Source: an uncultured Acidobacteriota bacterium (GTDB taxonomy: Bacteria; Acidobacteriota; Thermoanaerobaculia; Multivoradales; UBA5704). Taken from it: 64,000 bases of DNA. The notes beneath the pieces are model-generated. The model was not told the origin of the DNA and did not search any database. It worked only from the letters and a program-made list of their open reading frames with translations. The DNA lies in assembly GCA_963756455.1 (NCBI GenBank), contig CAVWNC010000004.1, positions 824,074 through 888,073 of the forward strand. The letters are read 5' to 3'. How positions within the stretch are numbered: position 1 is the stretch's first letter; every line of letters begins with the position of its first letter. Shown one piece after another: positions 9,280-19,699 of this stretch. A program made the position numbers and the translations under genes.

Positions 9280-12200
9280 TCAGTTCCTGTCCACGCCCCA
9301 TAGGATTACGGTCTCGTTCCCACCCGCCGAGGCCAGCCACTTCCCGTCCGGACTGAAGGCGAGTCCGAAGACCACGTCCTTGTTCCCCTCCTGCGTGAGC
9401 AAGGCCATGTGCTTCCCGTTAGGGCTGAAGGCGACGCCAGAGACCACCTTGTGCCTCTCCAGCGTGGCCAGCAGCTTGCCGCTGTCCATGTCCCACAAGA
9501 TCGCCGTCTGGTCCCCACTCGCGGACGCCAGCCGCTTCCCGTCAGGGCTGAAGGCGACGCCATAGACCGCGCCCTTGTGCCCCTCCAGCGTGGCCAGCAG
9601 CTTGCCGCTGTCCACGTCCCACAAAATCACGGTCCGGTCCCCACCCGCCGAGGCAAGCCGCTTCCCGTCAGGGCTGAAGGCGACGCCATAAACCGTGTCT
9701 TTGTGCCCCTCCAGTGTGGCCAACGGCTTGCCGCTGTCCACGTCCCACAAGATCACGGTCCGGTCCGCACTCGCCGAGGCAAGCCGCCTCCCGTCAGGAC
9801 TGAAGGCGATGCCATAGACAGCGGCCCTGTGCCCCTCCAGAGTCGCCGACGGCTTGCCGCTGTCCACATTCCACAAGATCACGGTCCGGTCCGCACTCGC
9901 CGAAGCCAGCCGCTTCCCGTCAGGGCTGAAGGCGACGCCATAGACCGCAGCCCTGTGCGCCTCCAGCGTGCCCAAAGGCTTGCGGCTGTCCATGTTCCAC
10001 AGGACCACGGCCTGGTCCGCACTTGCCGAGGCCAGCCGTTTCCCGTCCGGGCTGAAGGCGACGTCATTGACCTTGCCCTTGTTCCCCTTCAGCGTGGCCA
10101 GCCGCTCGTAGCTGAGCGGGTCCATCGTCACTTTTGACTGCCCGGCCGGTGAGATCTTCGCCAGCGATGTGAGACCCCAGCCGCCAACGAGGACCCCGAG
10201 GACTGACAAGAAGGCGGTCAGCAGGACGACGGCTCCAGTCCTCGGGCCGAGAGCGGCGAGTCCCTGGTCCCAGACCCAGCGTCTCCAGGTTTTGGGAGCC
10301 AGCACTTGGAGACGGGTTGGCTTCTTGCCGACGAGGAAGCTGACGAAGATCTGATCGCGGAGCGGGCCTTCCTTGGGTTCGTCATGCGCCCAGTCTTTGA
10401 TCAGCCGCCGCCAGTCCCACTTCTCTACCCAGCGCCGAAACCGATCGCGCAGCCTCCGCGCCTCGGGTACCGGCGGCCTCGCCACGTCGAGCCGGAAGCG
10501 GCTGCCGGGCGTCTCGCGCCATTGCAGAAACTGAAGCAGCCACTCGCGGACCGCCTTCTCGTCGGCGGCCGAGAGGTCCTGCAGGAGCCGCAGCCGCAGC
10601 CAGTCGGGCATCGAGCCGTGGCGCGGCCAGGGCAAGCGGGTCAGCGCCATCAAAGTCGCCTCGTCGAGCACGGCCCGGCCCTCGCGGCGCCGCAGGAGGA
10701 GGCCCAGGTAGAGGGTGAAATACCAGTCGAGCTCCGGGTAGACGGCCTGCGAACAGAGCCATCGGTAGCCGTCCGGCCCCAGATAGAAGGAAAGCTCATC
10801 GCACAGATCGGACAGCTCTCTCTCCCCTGACGGGTGACGCTCGAGAAAGCGCCCGGGACGCGCCGCGAGGAGGTCCGGGTACGGCGGTTGCCAGGGATCC
10901 GCCAGTGGGCGGGCCACCACTCCCTCCTCCCCTTGCAGCATGTCGGCGAGTCGTTCAAGGCCCGTTTCGTTGGCGGGAAGGACGGTGAAGCCGGCGGCGG
11001 ACAGGTCGAGCTCCCGCCGTCCCCAATGGCAAACCGGCACCGGAGTAAGGAGAGCTTTCCGGGGCCAGGCGGCGAACAGCTTGACCACCCACGGCGCGAG
11101 CCGTCCGGTCACCGGATCGGCGAAACCGGAGCCATCGGCGAAGACCGCCAGGTGGTGGCTCGGGTGGAGGCCGGCCAATTCCTCGAGGTCGCGGTGGACC
11201 TCGGCGACGTCGCACAATGCCACGCGTCGAGGATCTCGGTCGAAATCGTAGCGGTCGAGGTCGACGCCGCTCGTCTTGAGGCGGTCGACCAACAGGTCCA
11301 CCATTTGTGCACGCTGGTCGCGGAAGCCGACCCGATCGATCAGCGCCAGATAGACAGGGACGTCGAGCCGTGCCTTGAACACGGGAGTGAAGAACCCGAG
11401 CCGCCGCACGGAGGCCTCGACGGTGGCATCGGCGTCGAGGTCTCCCGCTCCGAACCTCTGGCGCCTCCGCAACTCGACCCAGACGCGGGCCAGCCTGGCG
11501 CCGCGGTACAGATCGTGGCGTGGCTCGGGCAGGGAGAGAGCGGCGGTGGCCTGCTCCTCCCGAGTGGAACGGCGCTCGAGAACGAGTCGCCGGCGGCGCC
11601 GGACGCGCCAGACCAGCCAGGGCCCGGCAAAGACAAGGGGAAGGAGCGCAAGGCCGGCCTGGACCTTGCGCTGGTGCTCCAGCAGGCGTTCCCAAAGGCT
11701 GATCGGCGCCAGCGTGACGCGCAGGTTGCCTCCGGCCACGCTGGAGTTGAGGATGAAGGGTGGTGTGGAGTGGTGATCGGGATGAGTGAAGAGAATGGCC
11801 GCCGGTCCGGTGGGAAAGCCCATCTCGCCTTGCTTGTTGCTCGTCGCCAGGATCGGAAGAGTTGCCGGGTCGAGATCGACCTGTGGGGCCGACCACCAGA
11901 TTCGTGCAATACCGTCTTCGCATCCGGTGACGACACGCCGACCGTCGGGGCTGAAGGCGGCGCTGTTCATCTCAACTTGAGGGCCACGGAGGATCACGGT
12001 CTCGCCGGAGCCATCGGTCGATGTGACCCGTGCAGTGCCGTCTGCGGAGGCAGTGACAATCCGCCTTCCGTCTGGGCTGAAAGCGACGCCAAAGATCTGA
12101 GCCTGATGCCCCTTCAGCGTCGCCAGGGGCGTGCGGTTGTCCACGTCCCAAAGGATCACGGTCCGGTCCCAACTAGCCGAGGCCAATCGCTTCCCATCCG

Positions 12201-13443
12201 GACTGAAGGCTACGCTAGTGGCCGCGTCCTTGTGCCCTTCCAGTCGAGCCAGAGGCTTGCCGCTGTCCGGGTCCCACAGGATCACGGTCTTGTCCTCGCT
12301 CGCCGAGGCCAGCCGCCTCCCGTCCGGGCTGAATGCGATGCCAAAGACCGCGCCCTTGTGCCCCACCATCTTGACCAGTGGCCTGCCGCTCTCCACGTCC
12401 CACAGAATCGCGGTCCGGTCCCCGCTCGCCGAGGCCAGCCGCTTCCCGTCCGGGCTGAACGCGACGTCATAAACTGTGTTCTGGTGCCCCGCCAGCTTGG
12501 CCAGTGGCCTGCGGCCATCCACATCCCATAGGATCACGGTCTTGTCCTCGCTCGCCGAGGCCAGCCGCCTCCCGTCCGGGCTGAAGACGACGGCCCAGAC
12601 CTTGTCCGTGTGGCCGCGCAGGACCACAGGCTTGCCGGAGCCATCAGCCGCCCACACCTGCACCGTCGTGTCTGCTGAGGCGGAGGCGATGCGCTTTCCG
12701 TCCGAGCTGAAAGCGACGCTCAACACCTCACCCTCATGGACGCGGAGCGCGAGCAGTTCCCCAGTGGCCAGGTGGGCCGCCGTCTGACGTATAGGGCGGC
12801 CGACGAGGTCAACGACTCGGACCTTCAACGTCGCGGTCCTTTGAGCCTTCCCCCCGACTCGCCCTCCCCCCAACCCTAGCTTTGCCGTGCCCTGGTTGGT
12901 GTCACGGGATCCGGTGTCCGGTCCGGCGACTGTAGGGCCGGGAGCGGGAACCGCCTTTTCGGTTGGAACGAACCAGGAGCGCCAGTGCCCCACGAGGCTC
13001 GACCCCCAGATCAGACCTGCTACGACTGCCGCCGTCCCCAACGCCGACGCCGTCCACCACTTCCACGGTCGGGTGTGCCGCACCAGCTCGGCCAGCTCGC
13101 TCTGGTGGAGAGGTGGCGGCGGGAGGGATTGCGGCGGGAGCTCTCCTTGCTGTCCGCCCACGTGATCGACCCACCACGCGTCGAACCGGCGATAGAAGAG
13201 CTGCTGTTGCTCCGGGTTGGTGCAGAGGACTGGCGCCAGGTAATTGCGCAGGCGATGTGGATCGCCGTCGACGCCGTCGCGATGGCAAGCGGCGGCCGCT
13301 GCCCGGGCTTCGAGGTACTCCCCAACGCCAATGGCGAACCCCTCGCCGCGCAGCTTGTCGAGGAGGGCGAAAAGGGCATCGTCAGACCACCCTGGAGCGG
13401 GTCCGCCGGCGCTCGGCGGGGCTAGTTCCGGCTCTGCGCCCAC
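9280..13443 (-). CDS. vWA-type component of MoxR ternary system: membrane protein with two WD40 beta-propellers
   Basis: N-terminus [87 protein letters not shown]. Two WD40 arrays, three hydrophobic segments, overlaps moxR. Confidence 0.85.
   Translation of the reverse strand: [1387 protein letters not shown]
9290..10100 (-). repeat. Highly conserved 126-bp WD40 tandem repeats (C-terminal propeller)
   Basis: Near-identical units encoding LEGH..[36 protein letters not shown]. Confidence 0.9.
11900..12770 (-). repeat. 126-bp WD40 tandem repeats (N-terminal propeller)
   Basis: About seven GH..AFSPDG.RLASAS.D.T.ILWD units. Confidence 0.9.
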
Positions 13444-14402
13444 TTGGCAACCTCCGGACGGGCCCGGTCGCGATCCTCCTTGGTCTTGATCAGCGTGCAG
13501 AGAGTACGCTCCACCAGCCGGTCTCCCGCAGTAGGCGGCCCGCAGACAAGGTCCTGAACCCAGGCCAGGAGCTCTCCCGTGGAGGGCGTCTTGATCAGGC
13601 CGAGAGCCGGATCGCGGAGGTGTAGGAAGAGGCCGAGGGCGGAATCCAAGAAACGGTCGTCGCCGAGCGCCACGCCCAGCCGGCGGTGGATGATTTCCTC
13701 CAGACGCCCCCGGGAGGGGAAGGGGATGTAGTAGAAGACGCAGCGCCGGAGGAACGCCTCGGCGAGGTTCTTCTCCGAGTTGCTGGTCAACACCACCACC
13801 GGCCGCAGAGCGGGGTCGGCCTCCACCAACTCGTTGCTCAGCTCGGGGATGCGGAAATACATGTACTCGATTTCGTTGAGCAGGTCGTTGGGGAAGTCGC
13901 GCGGTGCTTTGTCGACCTCATCGATAAGCACCAGCGACCGCCGCCGCCCCGGATGCTTATCCGGGGCGAGCAGATGGGCAACCCGCTGCGGGTCATTGGC
14001 ATAGAGGATGGCCCGCCCCAGGGCCGTCCATTGAATGTAGTCGAGAGCGCTGATCGGGCCCTTGCCAGCCTGGGCGGCTTGGAAGCGGCTCAGGGTGTCA
14101 TAGGTGTAAAAGAGGTCGCGCGCGACGCTGGTGGACTTGGTCTCGAACTTGAGCGGCTTGCCGTCGCCCAGGTGCAACTCATGGGCGAGACTGGAGGCAA
14201 GTTGGGTCTTGCCGGTGCCCGGCTGCCCGGTCAACAGCAACGGCTGGCCCAGGTGGAGGGCCACATTGACGGCGTCGATCAGTCCCTTGTCGGCCAGATA
14301 GCCCTCGGACTTGGTGAACCGATCGGTGAGCGGTGTCGGCAGCTCAGGAGGGCTGTTTCCGGGCCAGGGCTCACCGGTGCCGCGGTACCAGGGGGATTCC
14401 AT
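13422..14402 (-). CDS. MoxR family AAA+ ATPase
   Basis: YLADKGLIDAVNVAL, GQPGTGKT, LIDEVDKAPRDFPNDLL, TSNSEKNLAEAFLRRC. Confidence 0.92.
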   Translation of the reverse strand: MESPWYRGTGEPWPGNSPPELPTPLTDRFTKSEGYLADKGLIDAVNVALHLGQPLLLTGQPGTGKTQLASSLAHELHLGDGKPLKFETKSTSVARDLFYTYDTLSRFQAAQAGKGPISALDYIQWTALGRAILYANDPQRVAHLLAPDKHPGRRRSLVLIDEVDKAPRDFPNDLLNEIEYMYFRIPELSNELVEADPALRPVVVLTSNSEKNLAEAFLRRCVFYYIPFPSRGRLEEIIHRRLGVALGDDRFLDSALGLFLHLRDPALGLIKTPSTGELLAWVQDLVCGPPTAGDRLVERTLCTLIKTKEDRDRARPEVAKWAQSRN

Positions 14403-15962
14403 TTAGACGCCTCCTTGATTGAGACACTCGAGGAGCTGGCCGCGCAGCCTCGGCGCCAGTTCCTCCATGGGAAGGCTCGGCGAGGTGCGGAACATCTCCA
14501 GCGCCTTCTCCTTGAGGCGGTCGCAGATCAGGGAGTTGCGCTCTGCGCCAGACACCTGGCAGGCGAAGCTTTTGGCGTACATTTCGATCCATAGGCGGAC
14601 GTCCCCCTCGACGATGCTCGCGAGCTGCGGCAACTCAGCGATGCCGAGGCCGGCCGGCCGCCGAGCCGTGACTTGGGCCAGAAGGTCCGCGACCCTCCGG
14701 CTCGGGCTTCTCTTCCAGAACTGCAGTCGTGAAGGGGCCGCGGTTTCGTGGTAGCCGAAGCGGAGCAGAAACAACAAGTCCTGCCCCTCGGGAAGATCGG
14801 GCCAGCGCGCGAGATTGCCGAGCCAGGCCTTGAGCAGCTCCGGACCGAGTTTTGGCTGGTCTTCCTCGAGGGCGAAGACGATGTCGACCATGACCGGGCT
14901 CTTACACGCGACGACCGCATTCGCCATCGCCTCGAGCCCGGCGTTGCGGTCGCCGCAGAGCCTTTCGGCCAGGTTTCGCCGCAGCGGACCCAGACGCTCT
15001 TCGAGACTGCCCCCGCCCGGATCTTTAAAGGCGAGGGGTCCCTTGCGGACCAAGGGCGCTTTGCCCAAGTAGCGCGGGAGGGTCGGGTCCAGCAGGCGGT
15101 CAACGAAGCGGTCGAGCGCCTGCCGGTAGTCGCCGTGGATCAGTATGGCCAAGGGACGGCATGGGAGGTGGCTACGGTGGGCGGCAACGGCGGCGTCGAG
15201 CCGGCCCTCCTGGTCGCTTCGGTCGCAGAGGTAAGGCAGGAGGTCCGGGATATCGTCCGTCGCCTGGCGGGTGGTGGGCGAGCCGGCGGCGCCGAAAAGC
15301 TTCCAGCCCCTGAGCCGATCCTCACTGCCCGGGGCGAAGTGAAGCTCCCAGGGCCAGTCCACCATCCCACCGGCGGGCTGGGGCGCGAAGGAACGGCAGG
15401 CCCCGCGGCTGTCTTTCACCTGCGAGCGGACGATGTCCACCGCTTGCTCAAAGGCGGCGCCCAGAGGGGCCTCCGTAGCGAGGCTTTGATAGAAGCGAGC
15501 CGAGAACTCCGTCGCTATCTTGTCGTCGATGGCCCGGGTCGTGGCAACCACCGCTGGCACGCCGGCCGCCAGCAGGGCCTGCACCTGCGGACCGGTGGAG
15601 CAGCCGTTGAGGAAGACCAATTCCAGGCCTTGCTGCTTCCCCAGGAAGCCGGCCAGCCCCTCGGCGTGGACCTCTGCCGCCGCTCCGTCAGGAGTCTCCA
15701 GCAGGATCTCTTTGCCACCCGCATGGCCGCCGAAGTGGAAGACCGCGATGCGGCCTGTGAATTCGCGATCGAGGAAGACGTTCCACATCTCGTCGGTGGT
15801 AGTGTCGGGCCGCTCCACCACGTCGCAGCGGCCGGCCTGCCTCGCCGCGTTCAGGGCCTTCCGGACTCGCTTTTCCTCCTCGGCGAGGTTGCGCAGGTAG
15901 CGCTTCCCGACGGCGCGGTCGTTGGCGAAGGCGAAGAAGACGACGGGCTTGGTCATGACCAA
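14403..15962 (-). CDS. CHAT protease fused to inactive STAND (iSTAND) domain (ATG alternative at 15956)
   Basis: CHAT dyad FHFGGHA / FLNGCS; C-terminal LLPYLCDRSDQ..ILIHGD..DRFVDRL; directly upstream of moxR. Confidence 0.8.
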   Translation of the reverse strand: MVMTKPVVFFAFANDRAVGKRYLRNLAEEEKRVRKALNAARQAGRCDVVERPDTTTDEMWNVFLDREFTGRIAVFHFGGHAGGKEILLETPDGAAAEVHAEGLAGFLGKQQGLELVFLNGCSTGPQVQALLAAGVPAVVATTRAIDDKIATEFSARFYQSLATEAPLGAAFEQAVDIVRSQVKDSRGACRSFAPQPAGGMVDWPWELHFAPGSEDRLRGWKLFGAAGSPTTRQATDDIPDLLPYLCDRSDQEGRLDAAVAAHRSHLPCRPLAILIHGDYRQALDRFVDRLLDPTLPRYLGKAPLVRKGPLAFKDPGGGSLEERLGPLRRNLAERLCGDRNAGLEAMANAVVACKSPVMVDIVFALEEDQPKLGPELLKAWLGNLARWPDLPEGQDLLFLLRFGYHETAAPSRLQFWKRSPSRRVADLLAQVTARRPAGLGIAELPQLASIVEGDVRLWIEMYAKSFACQVSGAERNSLICDRLKEKALEMFRTSPSLPMEELAPRLRGQLLECLNQGGV

Positions 15963-16414
15963 GTAACTTTAGGAGCTCCATGGTGGGTCGCGCTATGCGG
16001 TTCTGTGCCGTGGCGGCGGATCATCTTATTTCTCGATATTTGCAATTCCAGCCGCCTGACTCAAACTTTCGAGCTTGTCCATCGTAGTTTGCTCCTTGCC
16101 TGCGCTTGGCGGCTCGACAGGTCAGCCAAGCGATGGACAACTCTAAATGGCAAACGACTACTGCCACTCCGATGAGAAAAGGGTCGATGTACAAGGCTAG
16201 CCGAGCGGGTCCGCGAAAGTCTAATGGCATCATGCCTCTATTTGTAGACCTCGAAATATCCAGCGTTCCTGCCGAGTAGACGGACTCAATCCGGAATTTC
16301 CCAACTCGGGTCTGCAGGCCCAACACTTGATTCTCCAGAGGCGCGAGCCGTCCCGCGGGACCTGGTATCGCGCTACTCCGGGAGTGAACGCGGAGCAGGC
16401 TTCACCCCGCTACG

Positions 16415-16517
16415 GCCCCACCACACGGCGGTGCCATAGCAAAGCACCTCGGTGACCTCCTTCCTCACCTCGTTGGCGTCGTAGCGAACGCCGACGACGG
16501 TGTTGGCCCCGAGCGCC
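16415..16517 (-). pseudogene. C-terminal remnant of YbjQ/UPF0145 family gene
   Basis: [31 protein letters not shown] begins immediately after the stop codon at 16518. Confidence 0.7.
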
Positions 16518-18371
16518 TCACGGCGACACGCACCGAGCCGTCACATCGAAGAGAGGCAGCACTTCCCTGGTGTCCGGCGTCGTATCGAAGACCGTGCAAT
16601 CCCGCGGCTCGAACCGGTACGACCCGCCCACGAAGATCGAGCTCGCGCCCTCCTCGACCTCCACCCAGTCGCCGGCATTCCCCACCATGTCGAGCAACCC
16701 GAAGGGGCTCACGCCTGCGGGGAAAGCCGCGCTGGGCTGCACCTGGCTCGGAACCCCCACCGCCGCCGGGAGACCCGCGTTCGCCCGCCGGCGGTCCCAG
16801 ACGTTCCCCCACGGATAGATCCGGCCGTCCACCCCGCGCGCCGCGAGCTCCCACTCCTCTGGTCGCGGCAGCCGCTTGCCCTGGCCCGCGCAGTAGAGCC
16901 TCGCCTCGATCCGGCTGAGCGGAGCCGGGCACTCCGGGCAGGTCCCCTCGATCTTCGGCAGATGGGCTGCCGCCTCTGCATGGGGTTCCCGGGTCGCGAC
17001 CTTCCGTTCGACCCGGTCGATCACCCCGAAGATCGCACCGAGATCTCCCACGAGCTTGCCGGCCGCCGGGAGCCCCACCGCCTGGAGGCCCGCCCGATTC
17101 TGAAGCCGGGTGAGGAGGACCGACTGGAAGCTTTCGAGCTTTCCCTGCTCCACCGCCCTCTGGGCGAGGGGCAGGTACTCCCGCACCGTCACGGGCTGGA
17201 GATCCATCCAGAAAGCCTTCGCGCTTTGCGCCGAGGTCTTCTCCTCGCCAGCCAGCCACGAGGTTCTCGGGATGTAAGACATCCCGGGATGGCGAAGCAC
17301 CTCCGCGGAGGTGGGCAGCGCGAGCTCCACGTACTTGGCCGAGAACCGCCATCCTGGTTCCTGCCGGAGGGGGTAGTGGATCACCCGCGGCGCGCCGTCC
17401 GCATAGTTCCCCTCGACGGTGAGGATGAGGTCGACCGCGGGAAGCTGATCGCGGAGTTGGGTGTCGAGGCCCACCTTCCAACTGCGCAGCCGCCGAGAGA
17501 GATTGCGCCCGGGATCCTGCTCCCAGGCGGTGATGCGGAGATTCTTCGCTGCTTGCGGCAGATCTCCCAGGCGCACCATCAGCCGGAAGTGATCCCGGTA
17601 GTAGAGGGCCGCCGTCCCCGCCGAGGCGGCCAGCAGGATTCCCGTCGCGATGAGGATGGCCCGGAGCAGGGTGTAGGTTCGGGAGCGGCCGCGAGCGATC
17701 GAATCCTCGCTCGATCGCGAGAGGCGGAGGGGCCGACCGCTCGCCCAGTAGTCGATCGCCTGGGTCGGAACGAGCGGCGCCGCCCGAATCACTTTTTTCA
17801 TCCCGAGCGCGAGTTGCGCGACGTCGATCTCCTCCTCCCGGCGGAGCGCGTGGAGGGTCTCCGCGAAGGCGAGAGAGAACCGAGTCGCCCCGTCCACCGG
17901 GAGCTCCAGGGCGGAGTCCTCCGCCGCGGAGGCGAAGACGAAGGCGTAGCGCCCCCTCAAGCCCTCGGGCATCTCGTCGGCGAGCGCCGCGGCGTGGCAG
18001 GTATCAACCAGGACGAGACCGTGGCCTTCGGCCGCGAGGAGCTCGCCCATCCGGGCCAGCCACTCGCCTCCGGGAAGAAGCCGGGTGCGCCCCTCCTCGA
18101 GGGCTGCGACCGTATATCGCCCCTCCTCGTCTCGCCAGGCGTGGCCCACCAGGTAGAGGAGGGTCAGGCCCTCCGCGGGAGGGAGCCTCGCGAGATCCCG
18201 GAGGTCACGGATGGACTGGACCGAGGCGCCTGGCGCCAGGAAGGGGGTCAGGGCTTTCTCGATCAGCGTGGCGCTCCGCCCCAGAGTTCGGAGCGGCGGC
18301 AATCCCAACCGGGCAGGGGGTTCCCCCTCCAGGGTGAAGAGGAGAGCTCGTGCGATTTTCGCCACGCTCAC
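16518..18371 (-). CDS. Caspase-like domain + TM + FGE-sulfatase (SUMF1/CLec) protein
   Basis: GTG start overlapping the upstream stop (GTGA); LYLVGHA and LVDTCHAA; [22 protein letters not shown]; [36 protein letters not shown]. Confidence 0.8.
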   Translation of the reverse strand: MSVAKIARALLFTLEGEPPARLGLPPLRTLGRSATLIEKALTPFLAPGASVQSIRDLRDLARLPPAEGLTLLYLVGHAWRDEEGRYTVAALEEGRTRLLPGGEWLARMGELLAAEGHGLVLVDTCHAAALADEMPEGLRGRYAFVFASAAEDSALELPVDGATRFSLAFAETLHALRREEEIDVAQLALGMKKVIRAAPLVPTQAIDYWASGRPLRLSRSSEDSIARGRSRTYTLLRAILIATGILLAASAGTAALYYRDHFRLMVRLGDLPQAAKNLRITAWEQDPGRNLSRRLRSWKVGLDTQLRDQLPAVDLILTVEGNYADGAPRVIHYPLRQEPGWRFSAKYVELALPTSAEVLRHPGMSYIPRTSWLAGEEKTSAQSAKAFWMDLQPVTVREYLPLAQRAVEQGKLESFQSVLLTRLQNRAGLQAVGLPAAGKLVGDLGAIFGVIDRVERKVATREPHAEAAAHLPKIEGTCPECPAPLSRIEARLYCAGQGKRLPRPEEWELAARGVDGRIYPWGNVWDRRRANAGLPAAVGVPSQVQPSAAFPAGVSPFGLLDMVGNAGDWVEVEEGASSIFVGGSYRFEPRDCTVFDTTPDTREVLPLFDVTARCVSP

Positions 18372-18703
18372 CCGGCCAGGAACTGGCGGAAGCTGGTGTC
18401 CTCGGCGACCCCTTGCGCCGTGTGCAAGGCCGGCGCCGCGGCGATCAGCTTCTGGAGGAGGAGCGGCGTCGCGGCTCCCAAGTGGAAGCAGAGAAGAGCC
18501 GAGGCGCTCCCGGCGATATAGAGGACCGGCATCAGGCCACCGAGCGCGATCATCGCGACCGTCCACACCCAGTATCCCTTCCGCCGGGCATAGCGCGCAC
18601 TCCCCGCCGGCTTGCGCGACAGCATGTACCAGTGGAGCACCTCCGCGCCGAGGCCTCCCAGCAGAGCCAAGACCACCTGCTGCCACAACTGCTCCAGAAC
18701 CAT
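18368..18703 (-). CDS. Small multi-pass membrane protein (111 aa)
   Basis: GAGGAGGAG RBS, three hydrophobic segments, coupled to the downstream caspase-FGE gene. Confidence 0.75.
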   Translation of the reverse strand: MVLEQLWQQVVLALLGGLGAEVLHWYMLSRKPAGSARYARRKGYWVWTVAMIALGGLMPVLYIAGSASALLCFHLGAATPLLLQKLIAAAPALHTAQGVAEDTSFRQFLAG

Positions 18704-18869
18704 GTGCTCCTCCTCGCCTAGAGGCCGCCGGAAAAGAGTGCCTGGCCGCCATCAGGAAGCAGCGAAAGCCACTCCTGTTCCTTCTCCATCTCTGTGGAGA
18801 CGAGTATACCGGCGGTCGTGGCGAGTACGTGGGAACTCAGGAATCCTTCAGAGTCCTTGCGGTAGGGCT

Positions 18870-18966
18870 TTTGGGCGTGCCCCCGGCTCCGCCGGGGTCG
18901 GGCTCTCCGCTCTATCTCCTCGGCGGCTCCGCCGCCTGCGGGGATGCCGCTGCGATCCCTCACGCG
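18870..18966 (+). repeat. Structured repeat family B, copy 1
   Basis: 43-nt block TTTGGGCGTGCCCCCGGCTCCGCCGGGGTCGGGCTCTCCGCTC identical at 45987; shared GATCCCTCACGCG end. Confidence 0.8.
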
Positions 18967-19300
18967 GCCTCCGGCGGGAATCCCTCCACCAAACCTCACC
19001 GGGCTACAACACCACCTGGTGCAGAAACAGGCGGCGAAGTCTCGCACCGTAGTTTAGATAAGATAGCTGGAGATAAGGTGCTTAGTACCTTATGGCCTGA
19101 GTACCGCAGGGGGCACCAACAAGGTCAGCTCTCTGTCCTGGCCGGCTCTAAGGCCTCTTGGTTATGGTACCTCCTGCCCTTGCTATACTTCTTTCTCGCC
19201 CTGCCGTTCAGCTATCGCCCGCTGCCTACGACCGGAGGCCGCGACGTAGGCAAACCGGCCGGATGGTAGAGAACCGGGCCAACCTTGGGGAGGTCGACCG

Positions 19301-19699
19301 ATGCTGTTTGTAGAGACCGCCGCGCATACGGGCGCCGTCCAGATTCCCTCGGAATTTTTCACTCTCCAGAGCATGCTGACCTTGACCGGCGCCTCCGGCG
19401 CCACGTTTGTCGTCTGTAACGGTCTCCAACGGGCTTTCGACTTCAATCCTCGTTGGCTCGCTCTCCTGGTCGCTCAGATCGTGGTCATCGTGGGCACCCA
19501 CCTGAGCCACACCGGAGGCGTGGGCCTCGGTGACTACTTCGTCGCGGTTCTCAATGGATTCTTGGTCTATGCCACCGCAGCCGGGACCACCCACATCCTC
19601 GGCGGTCCTTCCGAGGCTCCTGCGGTGGCCCGCGGGGCGCGAGAGGTGAGCCCGCCCTCTTTTGGGAGCCGCCGGCGCTTCCTCTCTCCGTGGTTTTAG
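19301..19699 (+). CDS. Small multi-pass membrane protein (132 aa)
   Basis: GGGAGG RBS; EFFTLQSMLTLTGASGATFVV, NPRWLALLVAQ, VAVLNGFLVYATAAG; overlaps the next gene. Confidence 0.75.
   Translation: MLFVETAAHTGAVQIPSEFFTLQSMLTLTGASGATFVVCNGLQRAFDFNPRWLALLVAQIVVIVGTHLSHTGGVGLGDYFVAVLNGFLVYATAAGTTHILGGPSEAPAVARGAREVSPPSFGSRRRFLSPWF

Noticed and set aside
9290-12770. Regular repeats as a CRISPR array
   Set aside because: They are in-frame 126-bp coding WD40 units without unique spacers; no cas genes seen
16021-16326. 101-aa ORF in AT-richer spacer
   Set aside because: No recognisable homology; possibly a remnant or promoter region
16518-16640. C-terminus of the caspase-FGE protein as a fourth DGR target
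   Set aside because: Lacks the RGGAF..RCA..GFRVV frame and the shared 3' tail
16500-18521. Long antisense or overlapping ORFs (673 aa here; also 10834-12531, 31660-33243, 39133-40965, 44763-46604, 48167-49798)
   Set aside because: Shadow ORFs expected in high-GC DNA opposite genes with clear motifs
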